Positions 19,455-30,379 of a stretch of 51,431 bases of DNA are shown here, in pieces. The stretch lies in sequence record DRR723986_4259; one strand, given 5' to 3'. The position numbers were made by a program, and so were the translations under genes. A model generated the notes under the pieces. That model made no database searches. It was not told the DNA's origin and worked only from the letters and a program-made list of their open reading frames with translations. Position 1 is the first letter of the stretch, and each line of letters begins with the position of its first letter.

Positions 19455-20705
19455 TCAGTGCGCAGTAGCCAGCTGTGACTTAGCCGCTATCCACTGAGAC
19501 ATATACTGATGACTGCGCAGGCTGTGGTGGCGAAGCATGGCACCGATGAAATTGCCCTGGCGATGAACAGCCAGCTCATCAGATAGCTGACCAATACGCG
19601 ACCGGAGCGCTTGGCTTGGCTCCGCGGACGTAAACGGCGCCAGGCAGCGCACGGCGCGCTCTTGGGCACTGCGCCAGTTCGATTCATCGCGGTATAGCGA
19701 CACCGCTGCCTCGATTAACGCCTGCGGCGAATCCGCAACCACCCCGCCCCAGTTGGCTGGCGTATCCACCATCCCCTCCGCGCCAATGCTTGTGGTTACC
19801 GAGGGAGTTGCCTGCTCCATCGCCTCCAGCAGCTTGCCCTTTTGCCCGGCACCAAAGCGCAGAGGCGCGATACAAACGCGGGCCTGTCGCATCACGGCGG
19901 CGGCATCTTTGGCCCACCCTTTGAGCAAAAAGCCCTGTTTTTCACTGTGCAGTTGCTGCGCTTTTGGAGGCGGGTACGCCCCGTACACATGACACTGCGC
20001 CGACGGCAGTTGCCGGCGTATCTCGGGCCACAATTCGCTGCGTAAATAACGCAGGCTGTCCCAGTTTGGCTCGTGTCGAAAATTGCCAATACAGATAAAA
20101 TGGCGTCGCTGCGCGTAAGGCAGCGGCGACGCCGTTCCACCTTCACTGCTAAAAGGCAGGTGATGCAGCAGCTCGGCACTAACGCCGTAGTGGGACTGCA
20201 GCAGCGATATCTCTGCAGTAGAAATCATCAGGCTAAGGTCGCATCGCCATATGGATGCCAGCTCGCGCAGCGCCAGCTCACTACTCAGTAACTCGCTATC
20301 GGGCCGCATGGTGTTCTGCCCGCGCTTGAGCGCCTGATGGCGGGCGTCGCGCAGGCAGTGAAGGTCCTGAGTATCGAGTATGCACATCGCCTGCGGGCAC
20401 TCTTTGGCCACCCGCCAGGAAAATTGCTCCTCGGTGAGAAAGCGGTCAAACACAACCAGGTCTGGCTGCATTTTTCTAAGCAATTGATTGAAGCTATCGC
20501 AATTTAGCCGAATCTCGACCTCATCCACCGCGATGTCGCTAAGCGGGTAGCGGTGTTCAGACAGCGCCGCCGCACAGGCGAACGTCACCCGGCCGCCAGC
20601 GGCTTGCAGACAGCGAATCAGTGACAGTGTGCGCCGCCCCGCTGCAGACGAATTTGGCTCGGGCCAAACGTGGCCGATATATAAAATGTTCTCAGGGGCG
20701 CTCAA
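19455..20705 (-). CDS. Glycosyltransferase, GT-B fold (GT4-like)
   Basis: VWPEPNSSAAG, IGNFRHEPN, APLRFGAGQKGKLLEAM, TTSIGAEG; TTG start with a strong GAAGGAAGG RBS. Confidence 0.87.
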   Translation of the reverse strand: MSAPENILYIGHVWPEPNSSAAGRRTLSLIRCLQAAGGRVTFACAAALSEHRYPLSDIAVDEVEIRLNCDSFNQLLRKMQPDLVVFDRFLTEEQFSWRVAKECPQAMCILDTQDLHCLRDARHQALKRGQNTMRPDSELLSSELALRELASIWRCDLSLMISTAEISLLQSHYGVSAELLHHLPFSSEGGTASPLPYAQRRHFICIGNFRHEPNWDSLRYLRSELWPEIRRQLPSAQCHVYGAYPPPKAQQLHSEKQGFLLKGWAKDAAAVMRQARVCIAPLRFGAGQKGKLLEAMEQATPSVTTSIGAEGMVDTPANWGGVVADSPQALIEAAVSLYRDESNWRSAQERAVRCLAPFTSAEPSQALRSRIGQLSDELAVHRQGNFIGAMLRHHSLRSHQYMSQWIAAKSQLATAH

Positions 20706-20725
20706 TATCGCCTTCCTTCAGATGG

Positions 20726-23700
20726 CTAGTCAAAATCGCTGTACGGAATGGGAGGCTCAGGCGGCGTGTAAATGGGCTGCCAGCGATCATCGAACTGGTA
20801 CTTCACATACAGCGATGCATGATTGGGCTCGTAGAAATCAGCTCGATAAATATCCGCTGCCAAGCCGATATACCAGTGGCGACTCACGCGCCGCTCTATC
20901 GCCGCTTCCAAAAAATACCCGGGGCCACCGCCAGCGCCGCCGCCAGTGGCGAGTTCATACAAGGGGTCCTCATCGCTCTGCGAGAACGACACGGCTCCGC
21001 CGAGCAAGTAAGACCAGTGTTCACCAACGCGACCAAAGTAGCGCACCGGTATGGACAGCGATACGTACTGCTGCGGGCTGTAATAGGCACCGTGTTGCAA
21101 GCTGTATTCACTCAGGTTCTTATCGTAGCTCAACCACATGGCATTGAGGCCGATACGCAGGTTGCGGTTCTCCTCGGCGATAATACGGCGGTAGACGCCC
21201 CCCAACAGCCCAAGCCGCTGGTTGTCGGCGACATCGTCGCCATGCAATTGATGAATCTGCGCGCTCGACCAATAGCCGTAGCGGCCGCCCTGGTCATAGT
21301 TCAAACCGAATTTAATGCCGCTGCGCAGCACCCCGCCCCACTCTTTACCTGCCCCGGTGGCGCCGCTTGGCACCGTCATACCCGCGTAGGACAGCGCCGT
21401 GCCGGTTTCGGGTCGTCGAGACGCCGTGGCAGACCAGCCGAACTTACCCAGTTTGCCGCGAATCGACGCGCCCCCCACCCAGCCTTGTTTGGTAAAACCC
21501 AGTGGCGTGGTGCCGATATCCACTTGCCAGTTGCGCGCCTGCCACCCGACACCAATGGCCGTGCCACTTGCCGATTCCTCAAAGGGTATGCGCGTGATGC
21601 CCGGCGGGGTATTGCCATCGGGGTCGAGATAGTCAACCTTCCCGGAATCGATGGACACACGATCAACACGCAGTAGCGCGTGTCCATCGTAGCGGGGAAA
21701 GGGCCAGCGCAACTCAATCGGAATTTGCTGCAAGCCAGTTCCGGAGCGACGCTCGGTGAGGTCTATGCCCGCTTTAATGTACCCCGACTGCCGTTCGCGC
21801 AACTCGTCAATGGCGGCCACCACACTGCTACCCAGCCAGTATTCGCGGTCAGCATTGTCATACAATTGTCGGCGTGCGTCTTCAGACAGCGCCGTATCAA
21901 CGGGCTGCCCCTGCGCACGCTGCAAGGCGGCGTAGGCATAACGCTGCGCCGCCGACCAATCTTTTGCCGCAATGGCTTGTTGCATCGCCGTGCGCAACTG
22001 CTGATCGCTAACGTCGCCGCGCTTGGGCAACAGTGCCAGCCACTGCTCACTTAATGCTGGTTTTCCATACTGGCTTTGCAGCGCCGCCGCGTCTAACACC
22101 TGCTCGCCCGTCAACCGTGCACGCATTGAAAACAGCGATTGCTGATGCTGCGCAAAGGCGCGTTGATCGCCAGATTTACCGCTCAAGCTCAACAGGGCCA
22201 GCAATGCCTGGGGGCGGTGTTCACCGCGAATATCAGCGGCATCGCGATAGTAGCGGCGGGCTAGAATAGCCTTGTCACGCTCAGCGAAGTACTGCCCTTT
22301 TGCCATCGCATAGCGCGCTGATAAGGCTTCCAACTCGGCATCACTCAAGCCGTTTGCATTCGCCTCGGTACGCAGTGGCCGATACCACCGTTCAAAGGCG
22401 TTGAGGTCGCCCATCTCCAACCAGAGCAAAGCCACACGTTGCTGCCTCTCGATACTCTGGGAGCTCATAGGCAACAGCGGCTCAATCAGTGCGCGAGCGC
22501 GCTCTTCCTCGCCCTCTTGCCACCACATTTCCGCCAGACTGAGCTGAGTATCGGCATCATCGCGATAGCGCTCTTCCAGCGCCTGCAGGCTTTGCAATCG
22601 GCCCTGACGGTCATCGACAGGCAAGCCTGCCACCGCTTGCGCAAACTCCAGACGCAATAAATTGCTGCGCATGGCATTGCTGCGGCGCGCCCTGGGAATC
22701 GAGCGCAGCTGTTCTATGGCCAGGCCAGGTCGCCCTCTGGCTGACAGGTATAAGGCGTAGGCGAAAACGCCTTCAGCATCGCCGCTAACCCCGGGCGTTT
22801 TGGCCATATATTGGTCAGCACGCTCGCTATCGCCAAGTTCGATCATGGCCTCCGCGGCATCAAGCCGCTGCCACGGTGAAAGCGGCGGATAGCGCAATAG
22901 TTCCTCAAGTGCCGACGACACCGCCGCGCTATCTCCCGATGCACGGGCCCGCGCCAATTGCTCAACACTTTGCTCGCGCAGCCACGCTCGCCGCAACGGT
23001 GCGACACGAGCGCGCTGCGCCGCGCTGTAACGCCGGTAAACCTGCTCAGCTTGTTGCGGGCCACGCCACTGGCGGTGGAGCTGAATTCGCCCCCACAATG
23101 CATCCTGGTTATCGGCTTCACGCGACAGTGCCTGGCGGTAGAAGGCGTCTGCACCGGAAAAATCGCCCTCTCTGCGCGCCAGCTCAGCCAAGCCAATCAA
23201 TGGCTCGACTTCACTACCCTGAATTGCCAATGCGTCGTAAAAGGCTTTGCGCGCACTGGCAAATTGCCCGGCTTCCAGAAGCGCTTCGCCACGACGAAGT
23301 GCGCGCCAATATGCCGCGGTATCTATCAGGGAACGCCAGCGCGATTGTTGGTCAGGATCGCGGTTGACGCGTTCCGCATCGCGAAAGTAATTCAGTGCCT
23401 GTTGGTGCTCGCCGCGCCGCAAATATACAAGCCCCAAGCCACCCAGTACTTCGGAGTCGTTGGGGCGGCCGTTCAGGGCGTAGCGCAATTTGCGCTCTGC
23501 CCCGACGAGCTTGCCCGCCTCCAGTAACGCTAAGCCCTGGCTGCGCGCGCGGTAGTGAGGGTCGCGCATTAAACGGCGCTCCTCCTGCCGCATCTCCAAT
23601 GCCAGCGCTTTGGCCTGTACCGCCGCTATATTGTCGGGAAATCGCTCGGCCAACAGGGTATGTGCGCGTATACGGCTCGGCCCGATGGGCTGCTCAGCAA

Positions 23701-24457
23701 GGGCCGCAAGCCAACGTTGCACCGCTTGTTGAGCGAGTGAGGGGTCGTCGAGCAAATCGCGTAATATACGCTGACCAGCCTGGCTACCCGGATTCTGCGA
23801 GAGCAATTGATCTGCCAGCGCTAAGCGCAATGGCGCTACGTTGGGGTACTTGTCGTTCAGCGCGCGGAGCCGGCGTATAACGACGGGCCTTTTTCCGTCG
23901 ACTCGCGCCAGTATCTGCAGATACTCCAATTCACTGGATAGCAACACAAAGCCGCGAGGGTAAAGCTGTATGAGTTGCTGCGCCGCTTCCTTTACCCGAC
24001 CGGTTTTCGCCAGCAGAGTCACCTGCTGCATCGCTGATTTTTTGTAGCTGTGCAGAGCAAGGTAATCGGTAAGCTGCAAAAATGTCTGCGTTTCACCAAA
24101 ACGCGCTTTCAACTCCGAAAGCATGCGCTCTGCGTCCTCAACATTGCCGTCGCGAACCGCAAGCCACACTCGGTACACATAAGCGCTTTGTGCATCTGGG
24201 TTGATCACATCCAAGCGCTGCAACTTGGCTCTGACCAAGTCATCCCGGCCCAGTAACTGCGACTCAATCAGCTGTATTTCGATGCTTCTTTGTAAGGACT
24301 CATCCACCGCCAGCGAATCAGTGCGCCCACCGGTGACAATGATATCGGCCGTCGTCGCTCCCTCATCTGCCTCACGCAAATTCAGTGGATCGCGCTGCCA
24401 CAGCAATACGCCCACCGCGCACGCCAATATAAACCAGAGCAGGCCTGTGCGGTTCAT
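20726..24457 (-). CDS. bcsC: Cellulose synthase outer-membrane export protein BcsC
   Basis: TPR-rich N-terminal region, C-terminal barrel (DIGTTPLGF, LSYAG, GAYYSPQQY), C-terminal PPEPPIPYSDFD; ATGA overlap with bcsZ. Confidence 0.93.
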   Translation of the reverse strand: MNRTGLLWFILACAVGVLLWQRDPLNLREADEGATTADIIVTGGRTDSLAVDESLQRSIEIQLIESQLLGRDDLVRAKLQRLDVINPDAQSAYVYRVWLAVRDGNVEDAERMLSELKARFGETQTFLQLTDYLALHSYKKSAMQQVTLLAKTGRVKEAAQQLIQLYPRGFVLLSSELEYLQILARVDGKRPVVIRRLRALNDKYPNVAPLRLALADQLLSQNPGSQAGQRILRDLLDDPSLAQQAVQRWLAALAEQPIGPSRIRAHTLLAERFPDNIAAVQAKALALEMRQEERRLMRDPHYRARSQGLALLEAGKLVGAERKLRYALNGRPNDSEVLGGLGLVYLRRGEHQQALNYFRDAERVNRDPDQQSRWRSLIDTAAYWRALRRGEALLEAGQFASARKAFYDALAIQGSEVEPLIGLAELARREGDFSGADAFYRQALSREADNQDALWGRIQLHRQWRGPQQAEQVYRRYSAAQRARVAPLRRAWLREQSVEQLARARASGDSAAVSSALEELLRYPPLSPWQRLDAAEAMIELGDSERADQYMAKTPGVSGDAEGVFAYALYLSARGRPGLAIEQLRSIPRARRSNAMRSNLLRLEFAQAVAGLPVDDRQGRLQSLQALEERYRDDADTQLSLAEMWWQEGEEERARALIEPLLPMSSQSIERQQRVALLWLEMGDLNAFERWYRPLRTEANANGLSDAELEALSARYAMAKGQYFAERDKAILARRYYRDAADIRGEHRPQALLALLSLSGKSGDQRAFAQHQQSLFSMRARLTGEQVLDAAALQSQYGKPALSEQWLALLPKRGDVSDQQLRTAMQQAIAAKDWSAAQRYAYAALQRAQGQPVDTALSEDARRQLYDNADREYWLGSSVVAAIDELRERQSGYIKAGIDLTERRSGTGLQQIPIELRWPFPRYDGHALLRVDRVSIDSGKVDYLDPDGNTPPGITRIPFEESASGTAIGVGWQARNWQVDIGTTPLGFTKQGWVGGASIRGKLGKFGWSATASRRPETGTALSYAGMTVPSGATGAGKEWGGVLRSGIKFGLNYDQGGRYGYWSSAQIHQLHGDDVADNQRLGLLGGVYRRIIAEENRNLRIGLNAMWLSYDKNLSEYSLQHGAYYSPQQYVSLSIPVRYFGRVGEHWSYLLGGAVSFSQSDEDPLYELATGGGAGGGPGYFLEAAIERRVSRHWYIGLAADIYRADFYEPNHASLYVKYQFDDRWQPIYTPPEPPIPYSDFD

Positions 24458-25569
24458 GAACACCCCGCTTGCCAATTTGGCTGCACCGCGCCACTAGCCG
24501 AAAACCGCAGCCGACCCGTCATCCATGCGTCAGCAAATAAATCCAATACCCGATTGTAATAGTCGCGCTGGCCGAGGCTGTCGCTATTGGTTCTGCCATT
24601 GCGCACACGTTGCTGCTGCGCTTCCAGTAGCGTCGTTTTGTCGCTGTTCGACAGCATCGGTAATAGTGCAGCAGAGAAGCCCCACGGGCCGTTGCCTCGC
24701 GCCGTTGCACTGCCAACATTGACCACCTCGGGAACATTGTCGCGCTCCTGGGTAAGCGCCAACATTACGTCAAAGTGATCGCGCAATGCCGCTGCCGCCC
24801 TCGCCTCTGGGTGCAACATGCCCACCCAGAGATACACGCGTATCGCGTCATAACTCCCCCGTTGCCCGCTTTTGGGGTCTTGTCGCCACGCGCCCTGGCG
24901 CCAGGCCATCCAATCGGGGCTCAAGCCATTTGCCGCCGTGTCGCGCAGCAAGTCGGGCAAAGCAGCGGCCAACTCCGGCCAAACGGAGTTGGGCTGCAGC
25001 TCAGCAAAGCGGCTAAAGATCTGCGGCATCCAATAACTCGGATTGAGCCGCAATGTATTGTCGCTGGCAAAACCCTCAGGCGCTGGCATCAGCACCCTGC
25101 CAACGGTGTCGATGACGCGCGTTTCCTGCTCGGCGATATGCCTGGCTAGAAAATACCCCTGCGAGCGATAGTGGTGATCCCCCCAGAGGCGGCCCGCCTC
25201 AGCAAGGGAGTAGGCGATCCAGGTGTCGGAGTCTGCCGCTGAGTTGGCATCCAGCACTGCCCCGCCACTTTCCTGTGAGCGCCCCCACAACCAGGCGGGC
25301 AAATGAGTGCTTAAATCGCCCTTGGCAAGGTGTCTCTCTGTCCAGGCGTGGAGGTTTGCAAAGCGCTCTCGGTCGTTTGCCAACAGGGCAAAAAACATCG
25401 CGTAGGACTGGCCCTCAGAGGTCGTAATCTGGCGCGGGTCACTGCCATCAATAACCCGGCCATTCTCTATATACTGCTCTGCGAAACGCTGCCATGCGGG
25501 CCAGCTACACTCCGCCCACAGCACGCTCGGGAACATGGCCAGCAATAGTGCCAAACACCGACGAATCAC
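24454..25569 (-). CDS. bcsZ: GH8 endo-1,4-beta-glucanase BcsZ
   Basis: TTSEGQSYA, LPAWLWG, DANSAADSD, NPSY, YDAIRVYLW; GTGA overlap with bcsB. Confidence 0.95.
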   Translation of the reverse strand: MIRRCLALLLAMFPSVLWAECSWPAWQRFAEQYIENGRVIDGSDPRQITTSEGQSYAMFFALLANDRERFANLHAWTERHLAKGDLSTHLPAWLWGRSQESGGAVLDANSAADSDTWIAYSLAEAGRLWGDHHYRSQGYFLARHIAEQETRVIDTVGRVLMPAPEGFASDNTLRLNPSYWMPQIFSRFAELQPNSVWPELAAALPDLLRDTAANGLSPDWMAWRQGAWRQDPKSGQRGSYDAIRVYLWVGMLHPEARAAAALRDHFDVMLALTQERDNVPEVVNVGSATARGNGPWGFSAALLPMLSNSDKTTLLEAQQQRVRNGRTNSDSLGQRDYYNRVLDLFADAWMTGRLRFSASGAVQPNWQAGCS

Positions 25570-27833
25570 TCGTCCCCCTGTTGCAGGCGGCGACGCGCCA
25601 CACCACTGAGTAAGCGCCAAAGCACCACGGCCAACATCAATACCACGATGATGCTGATAATACCTAGCAGCATTGGATAGCGAGAGAAGTGGTACCAGAT
25701 AAGGTCCCAAACGCGCAGTTTACCGACATAGTATTTATCGCCGACATTGAAGCTCGCTTGCCCTCCTTCTCGAAATACCACCACCGAGCCATACATCTCG
25801 GCAATTTTTCCACTATCTGCCAGCGCCTCTCGCACCATGGCCATATCACTCGGTTGTGCAGCAAGCACGGCAACAACACTTCTGTCGTCGTTATAGGGAG
25901 AGCGCATCCCTAGCAGCGCCGCAAAGGGACCACTGGCGCGCACTTCCACTTCCGTTGTTGCCGATGCCAGTGTTGGCGCCGCCCCGGCCCAGGTATCGCT
26001 TTCAGACACGATATTTTTGCGCGGTTTCTGCAACATGCGCTCGCTGCGATCAAACAATAACGGTAAATCCTCACCGCCTTGTGCAAGCTGACCGTTGGCG
26101 GCAATCAATAGCACATCGCGATCCTTTAATGCGGCTTCCTGCCAATCGTCATACAAGGCCATTGCCAACGCCGGGTAACCGGAACTGGCTCCCGCAAAGC
26201 CCATTAGCTGCAGGTAGGTTTGGATAATCTCTTTGTTCTTGCTATCGGGCAGCAGCACAGCCGTCTCTGACAGATCAGCCATACGCGTAAAGGGATAGGC
26301 GGCGTTAGCGAACGCACGCAGATTGGGCATCTCGATGTAGTGCGCGAAGCCGGTAAAATCAACGGTTGAATCGGCATCGACAACAGCGTAGCGCTGGGCG
26401 GGCGCCAAGCTTTTACACTCGCCACTATTGATACCGGCAAAATCAAACTTAAACTCCAGCTGATTGCGGCTGCCGACCTTGAAGGCCGGAATACGCAGGC
26501 GCTGATTGGCAGATAAGAAGCCATCATTCAGCAAGGGCACACGGAAACGCTTGGCCTCACCGGAGAACCCTTTGCGAGTTAGGTTAAAGGCCTCAATAAA
26601 CTGTTCATTAATGCTCAGGCTCATTTGCGAGCCACTGCCATCTTCAACCGGAGGCGAATATCGGTAATCCAACTCTACGGGAATACCGCGGCTGCGCCAG
26701 GTGAACAGATCGGGCGGAAGCTGGAAGCCCACCCTCACCGGTGGCGGTGTGCGGCCTTCGACTTGCAATTGGTTGAGGTTATCAACCAGCTCGCCAAAGC
26801 GAACGGGGCGATCGGTGGGCAGCCAATTCGGCGCATCGTAGGGCTTTCTTGGCTCGCTTTGCACCGCGCGTTGAATCTCTGCGACAGGCCCGGATAACAA
26901 CTCACTGCCCAGCACCAAGCCCCGTGCCGCCTGAACCAAGTCAGCATCATCGCGCCCCTGGATCAACAACAGCTTGGCTGCGGGGTTCTCAGGGTGGCTG
27001 ATCATTTGCAGGGTCGGCGCACTGACTGGAGGGAAATCCTGCAGCGCTTTCGGACGCTGTGTATTGGTCATAAACACCAAGGCGTGCTGCTTAGGCAGGC
27101 GCTCCGTTTCCACAGGGAAGCTCGCCCCGCGCCAGCTTGCAAGTGCCCCAAACCAGGATGTCACAATACCCGCTGCGTGCAGCCTTTCCAGACTGCCCTC
27201 ACCAGTGAGCACTACCGGTAGTTGCAGGGCGCGGTAATCTCGCCGATCGAAAAATGGTGCGGGCAATTGCTGCAGGTTGTTGGCAACGGGCAGCACGCGG
27301 CTGACCGTTCGCAGGCGGGTGTCACCGGTTAACTCTGCCCAAATGCTTGGGCTATCGGGGCTGTAACACTCTTCTGGTGGTTGCCCGACCAGTTGCACAC
27401 GCACTTGGTTAAAGTCAGCTAAGTAGCGCGTGTTCAGCGGAATACTCACCTTTTGCTGCAAGCGTTTTTCAGGATCAACAGCCACCGCCGACATAAATTC
27501 GCCGTTCAGATACACCTTCAGGTGCGATAAATGGGGCACCAACGACGGTGAAAATGAAAAGCCCAAATCCAGCGTGGCTTCTTCAACGAGCTCGTCCAAC
27601 CGTGAGCCAAAGCTGAGTCCAGCCGAACTTTCACTACCGCGCAGTAATACGCTCTGCGGAAAGCCCAACTCAGTCAACGAGTAATCATAGCGTCTCAGCT
27701 CTTCAGCCTGCCGCCACTCGGAGGGCGCTGGCATCAGTTGCTCAGCCCACGTCGGCATACACACTGCCCATAGCAGCAACAGCAGCCACCGACAGGTGTT
27801 ACTTGCTCTCAGTGTCTTGTCACGCTGACTCAT
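25566..27833 (-). CDS. bcsB: Cellulose synthase co-catalytic subunit BcsB
   Basis: Signal peptide, LPAPFFD, PRKPYDAPNW, LPPDLF, FANAAYPFTRMADLSET, C-terminal TM helix. Confidence 0.95.
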   Translation of the reverse strand: MSQRDKTLRASNTCRWLLLLLWAVCMPTWAEQLMPAPSEWRQAEELRRYDYSLTELGFPQSVLLRGSESSAGLSFGSRLDELVEEATLDLGFSFSPSLVPHLSHLKVYLNGEFMSAVAVDPEKRLQQKVSIPLNTRYLADFNQVRVQLVGQPPEECYSPDSPSIWAELTGDTRLRTVSRVLPVANNLQQLPAPFFDRRDYRALQLPVVLTGEGSLERLHAAGIVTSWFGALASWRGASFPVETERLPKQHALVFMTNTQRPKALQDFPPVSAPTLQMISHPENPAAKLLLIQGRDDADLVQAARGLVLGSELLSGPVAEIQRAVQSEPRKPYDAPNWLPTDRPVRFGELVDNLNQLQVEGRTPPPVRVGFQLPPDLFTWRSRGIPVELDYRYSPPVEDGSGSQMSLSINEQFIEAFNLTRKGFSGEAKRFRVPLLNDGFLSANQRLRIPAFKVGSRNQLEFKFDFAGINSGECKSLAPAQRYAVVDADSTVDFTGFAHYIEMPNLRAFANAAYPFTRMADLSETAVLLPDSKNKEIIQTYLQLMGFAGASSGYPALAMALYDDWQEAALKDRDVLLIAANGQLAQGGEDLPLLFDRSERMLQKPRKNIVSESDTWAGAAPTLASATTEVEVRASGPFAALLGMRSPYNDDRSVVAVLAAQPSDMAMVREALADSGKIAEMYGSVVVFREGGQASFNVGDKYYVGKLRVWDLIWYHFSRYPMLLGIISIIVVLMLAVVLWRLLSGVARRRLQQGDE

Positions 27834-30379
27834 GCTTCTTCCACCCTAATTAAAATTGGCTGAGGGCGAAGACTCTTCGCCATCCCCACCAGCGCATTAA
27901 TTGTAGTCAGTAACTGGGGAAGCGGCCGCGGCCCCGCCCTCAGTAGACGTCGATAGCCCTGTATGCTGATGCTCATTACCGCCGCCATACTGGTCAGGGG
28001 CTTATCGACGCTCATATTTTGTTTCCAGCTCACCCAGTTATCAGCGCGTGCAAATGTGCACTGCACATAATTCACCATGCTGCTTGGAGACTGATCACAC
28101 AGGCGCAAGCCGACAACCTCTCGCCCTTTAAATACTGTCGTCATGGCGAAACTGTATTCCCTGCCCGCGCGATCCATAATGACATTCACTTGCTGCCCCA
28201 CTTGCTCTGCAGCATCTGGAGATAGCTCAACCCGCGCACCGCTTAAGGAAAAGTCTACCAATTGCGCGTGCAACAAATGCCCGCTTGGCAACTCCAGCGC
28301 TACAGGAAATCTCACCTGCACGCGATGGTCGCTGCGCAGCTGTTTCGCTTCGGCGGCAACGGCCACAGCCCCTCCCAGGATCAATAAGTTGTAAACCACC
28401 CAGAACAGATTGAGTAAGACCGCACTGATCTCATTACTCGGCCCCGCATACAAACGCCACAAGCCAACCAAAAAACCAAAGGCGTTGAGCAGCACCAGCA
28501 AGATATACGGCCGAGACATAACCCAGTCGAAATATTTTTCGTGGATCAGCCCGCCTTTAGCGGTGACATTAAAGGTGCCCTTGTGTGGCGCAAACAGCGC
28601 CACCGTGGTCGGTCTGGCAATGTACCAAGACAACACCGTTTCGTAGACTTCCCCCCAAAAAGAGTGCCGATATCGCCCCTGAATTTTGGCGTTTACCACC
28701 GAGGAATACAGCATATGGGGCAACACATACAGGAAAATCATGATGGCGGGCGCGTAGATAATATAAGTATGCAGCAGCAAAAACGCGAGCGGCGCCAACA
28801 GGAATACTAAGCGGGGAATGCCGGATAGAAAGTGCAACATCGCATTGAAGTAACACAGGCGCTGTCGCAGCTTTAAGCCGGGACCCCGCAGGGGGTTATC
28901 CAGTCTAAGAATCTGCGCCATGCCCCGCGCCCAGCGAATACGTTGACCGATGTGGGCCGAGAGCGTTTCTGTCGCCAACCCGGCCGCCAGCGGCGCGCGT
29001 ATGTAAGCGGAGTTGTAGCCGAGCCGGTGCAGCCGCAGCGAGGTGTGGGCGTCTTCGGTGACAGTCTCAACCGCAACACCACCAATTTCCTCCAGCGGGC
29101 CACGGCGAATAATCGCGCAGGAACCACAGAAAAACGTCCCGTTCCACAGGTCGTTACCATTTTGTATCAGGCCGTAAAACAAACCGCCCTCGTTGGGCAC
29201 CTTTCTGAAGTTGCTGAGGTTTCTCTCAAAGGGATCCGGTGAGAAAAAATGGTGGGGAGTCTGCACCAGCGCCAGCTTAGGATCACCTAAAAACCAACCC
29301 ATCGACAGCTGCAGAAAGGCGCGGGTGGGAATATGGTCGCAGTCAAATATCGCAACGTACTCGCCGCGCGACTGTTTTAAAGCGTTGTTGATGTTCCCCG
29401 CCTTCGCATGGCGATTATCATCGCGGGTAATGTAGTGCACGCCCACGTCGCGGGCGAAATCGCGGAAGTCATCCCGCCGGCCGTCATCTAAGAGGTAAAT
29501 TTCCAGCTTGTCTTTGGGCCAATCCAAACCCTGGCAAGCGTAAATTGTTGCCCTCACAACCTCCAGGTCTTCGTTATAACTCGGCACAAAGATATCTACC
29601 GATGGCCAGTCGGCGGTATCTTTAGGCAATGATTTTGCCGGTCGGTTGAGCGGCCAGATATTCTGAAAATAGCCGAGTAATAACACCAGCCAGGCATAGA
29701 GTTCAGCGAGTAAAAGTACGATGCCAAGTGCCAGACCGAGAGGGTCATCAAAGTTCAGCGTTGAGCTGCAGCGCCACCAGATATAGCGGCAGGAGATCAA
29801 CAGCGACAGTACGATCATCAGCATCTGCGGGAAACGACCGGGCAAACGGTTGAACACCAGTAGAATGCCAAACAGCGCCGTTGCGAAAACAAACTGGGCC
29901 AGCGGATCGAGGGGGACGGTAATACACAGCACCGCCAGCACGGCCGCAAGCGCAATCGCTAGTGGTTGGCGATGGCGCCTGGCAACATCGGCATCTCGCG
30001 TTTGCCAGAATGACGGCTGAAGCCAAGCCAAGTTTGCAAGCCCCTGCAAACGGCCCTTTGCCCCGCCGACCACATACCGTAACTGCCGTGGGAATCCCCT
30101 TGTACGACTTTTTTGTGGCGGCGTGCGCATAAAGAAGAGCCAGAAAACCTGCACAACTATGCGCAGCGGGTCGAGCAGCTGGGGACGAATTAAGGAAATA
30201 TGAGGAAAAAACACTTCCGGCAGTCGCCAACTTTCGCAACCCGCAATTCGGTTGCGTAAAAACAGCGCAGAAAAGAGCAACCAACTGACTAACACACACT
30301 TTCCGGGCAGCGACACGACCTTAACACCGGCGTAGTACCGGTATCGCGCCCGCAAAATAGATGAAAAGTCCTCCTTCAT
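27830..30379 (-). CDS. bcsA: Cellulose synthase catalytic subunit BcsA (GT2 + PilZ)
   Basis: DDG, HAKAGN, DCD, FFCGS, TED, QRIRW; PilZ RSDHR and DFSLSG; E. coli-type N-terminal extension; ATGA overlap with bcsQ. Confidence 0.97.
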   Translation of the reverse strand: MKEDFSSILRARYRYYAGVKVVSLPGKCVLVSWLLFSALFLRNRIAGCESWRLPEVFFPHISLIRPQLLDPLRIVVQVFWLFFMRTPPQKSRTRGFPRQLRYVVGGAKGRLQGLANLAWLQPSFWQTRDADVARRHRQPLAIALAAVLAVLCITVPLDPLAQFVFATALFGILLVFNRLPGRFPQMLMIVLSLLISCRYIWWRCSSTLNFDDPLGLALGIVLLLAELYAWLVLLLGYFQNIWPLNRPAKSLPKDTADWPSVDIFVPSYNEDLEVVRATIYACQGLDWPKDKLEIYLLDDGRRDDFRDFARDVGVHYITRDDNRHAKAGNINNALKQSRGEYVAIFDCDHIPTRAFLQLSMGWFLGDPKLALVQTPHHFFSPDPFERNLSNFRKVPNEGGLFYGLIQNGNDLWNGTFFCGSCAIIRRGPLEEIGGVAVETVTEDAHTSLRLHRLGYNSAYIRAPLAAGLATETLSAHIGQRIRWARGMAQILRLDNPLRGPGLKLRQRLCYFNAMLHFLSGIPRLVFLLAPLAFLLLHTYIIYAPAIMIFLYVLPHMLYSSVVNAKIQGRYRHSFWGEVYETVLSWYIARPTTVALFAPHKGTFNVTAKGGLIHEKYFDWVMSRPYILLVLLNAFGFLVGLWRLYAGPSNEISAVLLNLFWVVYNLLILGGAVAVAAEAKQLRSDHRVQVRFPVALELPSGHLLHAQLVDFSLSGARVELSPDAAEQVGQQVNVIMDRAGREYSFAMTTVFKGREVVGLRLCDQSPSSMVNYVQCTFARADNWVSWKQNMSVDKPLTSMAAVMSISIQGYRRLLRAGPRPLPQLLTTINALVGMAKSLRPQPILIRVEEA

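Noticed and set aside
20621-21676. 351-aa plus-strand ORF
   Set aside because: Antisense to bcsC; no recognisable domain
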